A DNA stretch of 64,000 nucleotides, taken from positions 868,001 through 932,000 of the forward strand of contig JAQGDQ010000009.1 in assembly GCA_030141605.1 (NCBI GenBank). The letters run 5' to 3'. Shown in pieces: positions 26,601-36,527 of the stretch (positions are counted from its first letter, which is position 1; every line of letters begins with the position of its first letter). Both the position numbers and the translations under genes were made by a program. This DNA comes from Tubiluchus corallicola. Its lineage: Eukaryota > Animalia > Priapulida. The notes under the pieces are model-generated. The model was not told the DNA's origin. It worked only from the letters and a program-made list of their open reading frames with translations, and did no database searches.

Positions 26601-29600
26601 AAAATTATGGTTAAACATCGAGATTGTCAAGAATCTTTTTTATGTAATTCCTAAGTGACTTACTTACCTTATTTTTTGAAACTTACCAAAGTGTTTAATA
26701 TTGTTCTTATGTGGTGTCCACACTGTCAGTTTATCATGGCATGAAGCAGTGTCTTTTGTTCATATCACTGACACGACACCCAACTCCCTGGCAATGACTT
26801 GCATCTATTTTTATAGTACACTATCGTTAGCAACATCATTGTCGGCAAAATGGTGCAAAAACATCCGTCATTTGCATTGTCAAAGTACATACAAGTTACA
26901 GTCACATGACAACCAATGAGGACCTCTAATTGGGCAACAAGTTTCTGTTTATGATGACATATCGTGAAAAAATTGTGCACGATTAATTTAGACATGATCA
27001 TGTTTTCACATTCATTCGCCTGCCTTCTAAAGTGTCAGTGCTGATGCCAGATTACTGTAAAAATTGTGGTGCTTATTGACGTTTTTGTCTGTATGTTGAT
27101 GTTCTGCACAAATTCTATATAGGAAAGATCAGACGAAGAAGAAGAAGAAAAAGAGGAGAAAGAAAAAGAAGAGGGAGAGAAAAGTGATAAAGAAGAAGAT
27201 GAAGTTGGTTGAAGAATAATCTAACCTATTTGCATGCTTACTTTTATTTGGCATTACAGAATTTAATTTAATTTTTTCTGGAGTAACCTTTGATGTCAGT
27301 AAGTCTTAGATATCTAAGATATTGCTTTTTTTCTAATATACTCATTATGATTCTATTTTTCACTAGTTTCTGCTGTTGCCTTACAGGTTAGGCAGTTGAA
27401 AGTAATATTTAATAGGATTAGCATGTTTCGATTATGTTGGATATTTTAGAATGCCAGTCACATTCATATCGTTGTTACTTTGCCTTCAACAAGTTTCTAT
27501 CATGATGTTTTATATAGGAAGAGAAAATATCTGAAGAGGAAGCAGAAGAACAGGAAGAAAAAGATGAAAAGGTTTAAAGTAGTCTGTAGGGCTGTATTTT
27601 AGCTTAGGCGTGGCTGTTAACATAAACACGAAATGCTATACTAATTATATAATATTGCGTTTAGTCATTTTAGTTTTCACAGTAGAGCTAGGATTGATGT
27701 TTTTAAGGCTATGTTTTGCTTAGTGTAACAAAATTAAAATTTTGTAGCATAAAACATAGAAGCTTGAAATCTAATCAAAAATTTGAAATGCTAGTCAGAT
27801 CTAACTCCGTTTTCGCTTAGGCGTAACTATGCTTGACTGGCATTTTTGGGTGGTTATGGCTTTCAGTATGATACTTACAAGTGAATTAATGCAAATGGTA
27901 ATACAGATTATCGTTCACATTTCGGATCTTAAAGTTCTGGTTTCATTTAGTTCTTATTTGCTGTGGTCTTGTGATTTGGCGATGGACGTGATTGATTATT
28001 CATCTATTGGCTTGAAATAATAACAAGGTCAATTTTCGTTTACTTCATCATCGTCTAACCGTTGTCATTGGTTAGGTTTTTTACTTGTTATTCGTCATGC
28101 AGAACAATATCTGTGTGTAATCTACTGCCTTAACATTCTTTCTACATTTTTGAAAGTGCAGTTCTTGTCTTAGAAATTTTTTTATATGTATCTTAAAGGT
28201 GTTTTTCATAAGACATTACTTCATAAGATTTCACAAGAACGTTATCTACTTGCTTGAGCAAATTTAATGTAAACACTTTTCCGACTCGCAGACGTTGAGA
28301 CTGATCGTCCACCATTGAATCTAACTTTCATTAATCTTAACTAAAATTAATTTTCATGTTTTAATTATGAAAATATGCATGTTGAATTCTTTGTGTTTTA
28401 GGAAGAGGAAGCAGAAAAAAGTGAAGAAGATGAAGAAAAAGAAGTATTAATTTTATGTTTTGTGCTATAAAGTAGATACATGCTGTGGTGTCAAAATTTT
28501 CTTTGTCACTCGTGAATATGTGATGTCATCCCACCTTTGTAGATCATAAATCTTTTCAATTATGTATGAGATTTTATGAAGCTACAAAGGATCGCACTTA
28601 TCCGTAATGTCTTTGTTGCTGCTTACAGTACTTGATTAATATTCAACCTAAGTACTGGCACAGAATGCACTGAAATTATTACAGTGTCTTTCATAGTGCT
28701 AGAATATATAAGTGGATAAATCCACTTCCACATGTAAGTGGATTTATTGTCATACAATAACTGACAACTGAACTGAATGACAGTCAAAGTGGAAGAGAGT
28801 GAAGCATGTGTTCTAAAGACACAATAATCATTGTCAGATTTACACCTTATATCTTATTTTACCTGAATTTATCATGCAAATTAATTGTTCACACTGAAAA
28901 GCTAATTCTAATCAGTTCTTTTTTCAGCTCGTTCTTGAAAGATGAGTTGTCATGTCAATAACCTCGAAGCGCACAAAAGCCTCTCGTTAGAAGTGGTGTT
29001 CTTTGTTTTCAGGGTAGATTAGCATATTCATTACACTTTCTCGAATTGGTTTAGGTAAAAGACGAAGATGAAGACGAAGAAGCTGAGCATAAAGAAGAAG
29101 AGGAAAAAGAGGATGAGGAAGAAAAAGAAAAAGCAGAAGAAGAGAAAAAAAGTGATGAAGAAGAGGAGGAGACTGAAGATAAAGAAGAGGAAGAAGAAAA
29201 AGAAGATAAAGTAGGATAATTCCATAGATCTGGAAAACTTTCGACTAATACAAACTGTTGCATGAAAACTAATCGATCCTGCCTGTTTTTTGAAATACCA
29301 TTCAAGAATTATATCTACAATCGAATATTAATACCTAGTCAAGATTTTGTCCGCATGTGTGACATGTAACTTGAAATACAGCATGATTCTTACAGTGAAC
29401 ATGATTGCAACAGTATACCTCAGAAACTACACGAGGAACGATAAAATGTGCTATTGTAACTAACTTGGAATGCAAAATGATCTACTAAACAATACTTGCA
29501 ACTGGAATAGTGCCACCTGCTTAGAGTTACCTAGAGGTGTGACATGTGAGGAGGGTGCAGCATAATCTTTTTACTGAACAATACTTGTCCTTGGAATGGA

Positions 29601-31341
29601 AGTTCTTGTTTCCGGATGTTCCAGAATTTTCTGTGATGCGTAACTAACTCAGTGTGCCGCATGATCCTAACAAAGATTACAATCTTAATAGTTTTTCCCG
29701 TCAAGAAATTGTTTGGATACATGTGCATGATCTTACAAACTAGGAATGTAATAGGATCTTAACAGTACCTTTTCTAGGATTATCTGTGTGCTGTATTATC
29801 TGTTAGCCATATGCAAAAAAATGTGGCGTTGCTTCTGTCCTCTTTGGTGATCACTTGTTTAATTTGAACATGTGTTAAATCAGCAATGTTGGTTACACTA
29901 GATATGTTGCGATATAATTAACATATACAATTGCCCTGCATTGCTTATACCTGCTAGTGGTGAGTAACTGAGCATTCTCTACCAGAAACCGAACTGGAAT
30001 CAAATGAAATTTGTGACTTTCAAACACGAACTAAGCAGAATTTCAAGGTTTCGAATCCAAATCAATTTCAAATGCAGCTAAAGTTTCTTTCAATAAATTT
30101 TCAAATCATTCATGAAAAGCAGTCTCACAAAGATCATGTATATTACTTGATTTAATCCTACAGTAGTAAAAGCACTAGTAACTTATTTATACTTTAAACG
30201 GTTGATTTCCTTATTTTTCCAGGATGATCAGGGTTCTCGGGAAGGCTCCGAAGAAGAAGACGAGGTACAGTTACTTCTTTAGTGTACTATAATATATTTC
30301 TTCCCAAAGATTTTAAAATTAAAATTGCCATTTTTATTTTCATGCATGAATGCATCTTTCATTTTTACTCAACTTTTGCTTTGCATTTTTATGTACCAAA
30401 GGAAACTGGTATAATTTTTTCAGCATAGGTGCAATAAACAGCTAGGTACCTTTTTATTCCAAGTTCATTTCATATCAGTCTTAAACTCCTTAATTTAGAT
30501 TATTGTTTTGGAGTTATTTACATCATCTTATATGTTTTTATTTTTACATTCAACCTTTAGAAGTGTATTGTATTAATAACGGAAATTTTGAGTATTGTGC
30601 AAAAACTTTGAAGTCTCATTTTAACAACATAGTCTAATTACAAATTAGTACAGAATTTTTAAAGATTTAATGTTTCTTTTTTTCCTTATACAGCAGCACC
30701 GTTTTGTGTAGTTCATCCAGGTATCATGTTTTCTGAAATTTTTTTACTCTCTCTTACATCTTTTACTGGCAGTTTCACTTATGCAGCTTAAAACTTATTA
30801 GCAATGTTTTCCGGTGAAGGATACAAAATTAACAATTTTTGGTATTTTCACACGCATTTATCTACTAATTTACGTATGATATAACAATCAATCCAAGTAG
30901 TGCTACTAGATATCACTTATTACATGTTGAGTAGCAACTCTCACTTCAACCTGTTATCAAGGTGGCTAAAGTATTTAAATTACGTTTTTTTCTGTTTATC
31001 ATACTTTTCGGTATCTTTTATATTTTAAATATTTATATCTGTACAATTCATGTTCATTAATTTATAATGTTAAAAATCAGGAGCCAGTTTTGTTAAATAA
31101 TTATAGATAAAATAATGAAATTATAAAATTGTAGAATCATAATTGCTTCTAATTTATGAGTGACTCCAGTTTTTCCAACAAAACTTGCAGAATTTGCAAA
31201 CGACAGAACCTACTTTCCAATTTATGTTGGAGTTAATAGCTAAGAATGGCGATTTGCTATTGTTAGGATGAGGGTTCAAAAACAAAAAAAGATGAAACCA
31301 CACGGAAAAAGGATGATGAAGATGAAGAAGAGGATGATTAA
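16831..31341 (+). CDS. SH3BGR: SH3 domain-binding glutamic acid-rich protein (SH3BGR family; thioredoxin-like domain plus long Glu/Lys tail), 13 coding exons, about 406 aa if all exons are included
   Basis: Exons 16831-16872, 21597-21782, 22120-22227, 22653-22679, 24895-24915, 25196-25471, 26407-26517, 27123-27203, 27518-27571, 28402-28443, 29055-29210, 30223-30264, 31267-31341 (TAA). All introns are GT-AG and phase 0. N-terminus MLKVFTSGSSGNKDVKANQQRALLILDSKKVEYEIVDITQPE..PLCPQFFLDSEYLGDFEDFENATEIERLEVFLHL matches the SH3BGR/Sh3beta signature. The remaining exons are GAA/GAG-rich islands in otherwise T-rich introns. Confidence 0.92.
17520..18456. mobile_element. Degenerate Tc1/mariner (pogo/Tigger-like) deletion derivative
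   Basis: TA-flanked TIRs CTGTAGGCACCGCTTTATAGACTCAC / GTGAGTCTGTTAAGTGGCGCCTACTG (21/26 complementary); subterminal (C/T)TATTAACC and TTGAGTCA repeats. Confidence 0.7.
23392..23891. mobile_element. Tc1/mariner-superfamily MITE (CCGTATAT termini, Tc2/pogo-like)
   Basis: TA|CCGTATATAAGTGTGTACAAGTC ... GACTTATACATAAGTATATATGG|TA inverted termini with TA duplication; internal GTATAAGTC subterminal copy near 23819. Confidence 0.7.
23599..23644. repeat. (TA)n(TG)n compound microsatellite
   Basis: Directly visible dinucleotide runs inside the MITE. Confidence 0.95.
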
Positions 31342-31702
31342 ATCATTCTGCAGATAACTGTTGCCGTGGTTTTCTTTCAAAATTATTTCCATTTTTTAAT
31401 TGTTCTTTGTATAAAACTATAGTGTGAAGATTGCACCTTGATTAGCTTGAGCTTGTCTAGGTATTTCAGTGTAACATTTTTTTTTCACTGTTACAAGCCA
31501 ATTCTTTGGTTGCTATTTTTGTAAGATTTGCCATTTTATGTACAAATCACATTTGCTATCGCACATGCCATTCTCGCTTGCAGCTTAATTTACAGCTTGT
31601 CTAGTTCTAAACAGTGTTGCAGACATATACTGAAAGTAAGTGTAATAATAACTTTTAAAGCTGTAGTACATATACAAATTGGTATTTTGTGGGTATTGCA
31701 TT

Positions 31703-31708
31703 AATAAA
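31703..31708 (+). terminator. Candidate polyadenylation signal of SH3BGR (a second AATAAA lies at 32383-32388)
   Basis: AATAAA about 360 nt after the stop codon; weak evidence in AT-rich DNA. Confidence 0.3.
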
Positions 31709-34700
31709 CAGCAATGCATTATGTAAAGGCAATTAAGGTTTTAAAGCTGCTATTAGCAGCCAATGATGACATTCATTTAACTATGCTCAGTTATTTATGT
31801 GTATTTCTCAGGTTTTCAGTGCAGCATTAGCTAGATTCTTCATAGTTTATCTTATTTGACGTGTTTTATACTGTAAATATTTGAAACTAAACTATTAAGA
31901 TCAGCAAATGACATTGTTGAAACAGCACAATAACAGAATGTACAAATTGCAACATATTTGGTAAAAATTGACATATTTTCTTTAATATAATTATAAGATT
32001 ATTTTTGCTGCATCATTTTTCTGACTTTTCTTCCTAATAATTGTAAGGTATACATCATATCTTCTGTTTGAATTTTGAGTATAATCTTAAATACTGTTTG
32101 AAACATTATTTTGGTAATTAATTTTAGGGTCTCTTTCTGATATGTTGATATATAAATGCAGAGGAAAGCATTAGATTTTGTTATGTGTAATGTTCCACTA
32201 TGCATTTATAAAGTTTTAAATGAAGCAGATTCATTATTATTTTTCTGTATATCTCTTCGTGTTTCATGTGTATTATTTGTATATTTTACAAGATTCACCA
32301 TTTTTAACTTAATTGTTGTTTAGTTGGCTAGTGGCACAAACTTATCTATGATTATAAAAATGTTATAAATTCTAAACTGTTAAATAAACTGCTCTACTCC
32401 ACTACCTTTAGGTATACCTACAATAGTACTAAACTCTTTTATGCAAAAATTGCTGGCTGTAAACTAATGCTATCACATCTATGTTATAGTACAGCTTTGA
32501 TGTTAAAGTACGAATGTAGACTAATATTTTTTTAAAGATTAATAGTTAAATTAACCCGTTTATCTTTTCTCAAATGCTTCTTGATATGTCTATATAATAT
32601 AGCTTGCTACTTGTTATTAAATTAATTTTGTTACTGATTTTTTCACTTTGTCCCCCACAAATCTACATTAAGTGTAAGCTATATTACTTTATATTACATT
32701 GTTCTGGCAGTTATGCAATCTTAGCGTTCTACATTAGATCAGTATTTGCTTTTTTCACTGAATTTTCTACTTGACTGGACTCTTTAAATTGTCTTATAGG
32801 GACATGAGTATCGAACACTAAACTCATTTGCTGCATTGACTATTTTTCATTAGCATAAAAGCACAAATAAATTATAATGACAGCACAATGACTTTTTGGA
32901 ATGACAGATAATGATTTCAATTAAATTTTTAAAGATTGCATTCTGAAACCAAAATTTGAAAAATGAAACTTTGCTGTTGAAAAATTTAATCATTAACAAA
33001 ATTATTTTTTAAATAAACTTCGAACCAAAGCAGAAACTAACACAAAGTTAGAGCCAATAAAAACAGAAATTTTTGAATGCATCATGAAAAACATCAAAAT
33101 AAAATTTATTGAGAGGTTGGAAAGTTTCCATGAAATTTCTTCAGTTCATACAAAAATAACAAAACGGTGCCCATTGTGTAAACTAGCAAATGGTATAACA
33201 GAGTACTGAGTCAATTCAAGGTATAAGTTGAGCTTGTACATAACTAAAATGTGTACGGTATGTATGCATAGCAGTAATGTAAATTTAATGAAATTTCACA
33301 TATACCCCTGTAAACAGTCACTTTGTAGGCATGTACCCATGGCTGTAAAGTTAAATAGTACTGAATCTGATTAAGAAGTAGTAATGCTGTTAAAAGCTGC
33401 ATTCTGGACTGACTGGCTTGCATTTTGCACTAAGCCTTGCTTGCTGAATGCAAAAGTTGATAAATTTATATTAAAGAATAACTGAATAATGCATTCACAG
33501 TGTATGTCGAAGAAACATAACAAGACATCATTTTTATTTAATTTTATTACACACACATGCAGATGATACACTCATAGAGGTTATACAAATGATAATTTGA
33601 AAAACATTTTATGAAGAAAGGGCAGCGAAAGACCAACTGGAACAAAGATCATCATTATTGCAAATTATGTCCATCACGTCTGTAGTAGACATTGGGCAGG
33701 CAGAACTCTAAAATAAAAGAAATCTGTCCTTCAGACTGGTAAACACAGCAGTAATCCAACAAAAAAGTAGACACTGTTATGCTGGTGGCTTGTCAGCACC
33801 ACTTTGTTGGAGCGAAGAGATGGCAAAAAATTGTTCTATCTATGTCGTGTTGATATTTCAAGGTTTTGCATATTGCTAATTACGTGTGTAAGTGAAAAAT
33901 TAAAATTAGCGTGTTCCTAATCGTTATTCCACGAAATGTTGTACTAAGTTATGCTAATTTTTTTCTGGAATTTAATTGGTAAATTTAATTTACGAGTTAT
34001 ATTTGTAATTATACAAAAAAATTGACGATTTTTTATTTAGATGCTGTTAAGACAAGTACTTCGCAAGTATGCCAGTAATTAAGTTGTAGTTCTCACCTAA
34101 ACTACCGTTACCGTCGAAGGATAGAGGTTAAGCATAACAATTCATGGCCCTCTTCACTCTTTCTTGTTTATTAAAAATAAAGAAAAAAAGTGTGGTACAA
34201 AATTTCTGTTGCCACTGTGGCAAACTACAGACTATTCCATAGTAATCCTTTTCTGTAACTGCTGGATAACGTGCGATGTTCTATGGCTGAGTCGGAGTAA
34301 TGGTCCGTGACACTGAGTTGAAGACATAAATGAATGATGAGTTTCTAAATATTGACGAGCATTTGCAAACAACTTGTGTTCATGATAAAATAGTACCCCG
34401 TGATTAACAATTTCTAGTGAGTTTCTTTGTATTTGCTGTGGTTTTACAGTATTTACATTATCCTAAAAGTGGTGAAAACATAGCTGCATAACCTCCATTG
34501 CACCTATTTTAATATTGGCTTTTGTGTATTGTTAGGCATGAGTACATGATTAAAATATGAAGATATAAATTTTCTTGTAAATACATTATAATTTAAATTA
34601 AACTGAATACAAGATGTATTAAACAAATATGTTTTCCCTAATTGCAGAACCAATTTTGCCAGCTTTTCGAACTCAAAAAAATTTCTATACATCTATGCAT

Positions 34701-34747
34701 TGAGTCCCACATCTATGGATGAGCATATGGGTTGTGCCAGGAGAACA

Positions 34748-35389
34748 CAGTGGGTGGGAGTATCTCACCGTGGTTTCTTTATATAATATTATTTACAATG
34801 ATATGCAAGTTCCATTAAAAATAAACTTGTTAAGGTTCTAAGTTTTTTAGGAATAAAATGAATTTAGTTCAAGTTAAAGTTTCTCCCAGCTGGAATGAGC
34901 TTTACTCAAGGATGTAGTTTACAATCCAATTTTGGCCTAGTTCATTTCCTAACTACACGAATGACGTCAATGATGCTTGCCATCTGAAATACAATTAACT
35001 AATGGCATCTCTAACGAATTAAGTACATAGATCTATACATGTAGTCTGTAATTGCCTGTACGATTTTGGCTGATTTTAGCTATTTTTCGCACTTGAATTT
35101 GGCTGCCGTTGGCTTAATTTTATCAGGAATTTGGACTTACAGAAGACTCCGCCTTCAGCAACCCTGCTTGAAGGTCTTGCATATTAAGTGCTGGTGTGAA
35201 TTAAAGCTGTAATTTCCTGCGATTTGATTAACCGAAATTATTTGTTGTTTTTTCTCATTTCTAGTTTGGTAGGAGAACTTGTATTTTAAGGCCAAGTTTG
35301 CACTTTCTGTGAACTCATTCATGTTCAACAAGTTACTTTTCCAATGAATGTGTTCACAAAAAAGTGAATGGGTTTATCTCCCATCACTG
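34748..35389 (+). mobile_element. Dispersed repeat, likely non-autonomous DNA transposon, copy 1
   Basis: Imperfect inverted ends CAGTGGGTGGGA / TCCCATCACTG. About 34880-35390 aligns by eye with about 55620-56120 (TTTACTCAAGG..AGTTTACAATC, ACCCTGC.TGAAG, TTTCTAGTTTGGTAG, GAACTCATTCATGTT.AACAAGTTACTTTT, TTCACAAAAAAGTG, CCCATCACTG). Confidence 0.65.
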
Positions 35390-36276
35390 TTTCTTTATAT
35401 TCAGCATTTCCAAGATCTCTTTTTCTCTTTAAATGCCAAAGTCTTTCTGGTAATCAAATAATAGTTTTAAAACTTAATTAATGGCCAGTGACCCCAACTA
35501 GTGATGTCATCACAAATGAACATAATTTTCAACAGCATAAAACACTCCACGGCAAGTGTTTGCAAAATCGAAAATTGAAGTGCACTGTAACATTCAGTGT
35601 GATATGATGTAAAGCTCTGTAAATATTAAATTTAAATTTCAAGTTTCAAGTTTACCACTGTTTACTGGTTTCACACACGAGCTCTATGTCACAACTGAAG
35701 AACTCTGAATTGAGAGGTACACCACCTGGTTTTTGTGCAACATGTTTCCGAAATTCAGACGCTAGTGCCCATCTAACTAGTGAATGGCAACATGCATGTA
35801 ACAGCGAAGAACTAACCCCGAGAATGTTACATTTCTGTGGTAATAATTCTTTCACGAGAATCATTCTTTCACTATTTTATGGGGTGGATTGTTCTGAGCT
35901 ACAGTTTAAGATTGGGTGCGGTTTCCAGAGTCAGGGTTGCTTAACCTTAAGAAACGAGTCCTTGGGTGAACTGTAAGCCTACACTGCCTGCAATATTGTC
36001 AGTTTTTTCTGAAATAGGTAATTATTTTAGAACCTCTGTAACAGACTGTTCGTGGTGTGCTGTCTCTCTCGCACTGTAGCCTTTGTTTGCAGAAGTAGCA
36101 GTTGGTCATACCTGCTTGTGTGTCTTGAAAATATTTTCACTGGAGGATTTTAAGCATTCATGTGCTCTTTCTTCATTAGCAATGTTCAGAACAACCTTTC
36201 TTGTTTTAGCTTTTGTTTTAAATATATTTTTGTGTTTTCTGACTTACTTTTCGTGACAGCATAAAACACTTAGTCC

Positions 36277-36350
36277 TGGCTTGGATGGCCCAGTGGTCTG
36301 GATTTCGGACTGCCACAATGCAATTTTGAGTTCGAGTTTAGCGGCTGCCA
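36277..36350 (+). mobile_element. tRNA-derived SINE head or tRNA pseudogene (Gly-GCC-like loop)
   Basis: A-box TGGCCCAGTGG, CTGCCAC loop and B-box-like GAGTTCGAGT at tRNA spacing. Stems pair poorly, so not a functional tRNA. Confidence 0.5.
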
Positions 36351-36527
36351 GTGCCAGGACATATACACGACATATTATTCGTTAATTGTGTGTTGCATCC
36401 TTGTGTGTATTGTTGAAAGTTGAAGTCATTAAATAGCCATTAATGCTAATGTGGTCTATTAAATGAGTGATGAATTGCTACCACATTTTTTATTTTGATT
36501 TCAGACTAATAGCTGAACCAAGGAAAC

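Noticed and set aside
27370-27395. AG|GT juxtapositions (CCTTACAGGTTAGG; also 25955-25972) as recursive splice sites
   Set aside because: The host introns are under 1 kb and such motifs are expected by chance; no supporting evidence.
35652-35976. ORFs upstream of DOP1 as a small separate gene or uORF
   Set aside because: No family resemblance and no convincing splice context; likely 5' UTR intron sequence.
36277-36350. Functional tRNA-Gly(GCC) gene
   Set aside because: Anticodon and T stems do not pair adequately; kept only as a SINE head or pseudogene.
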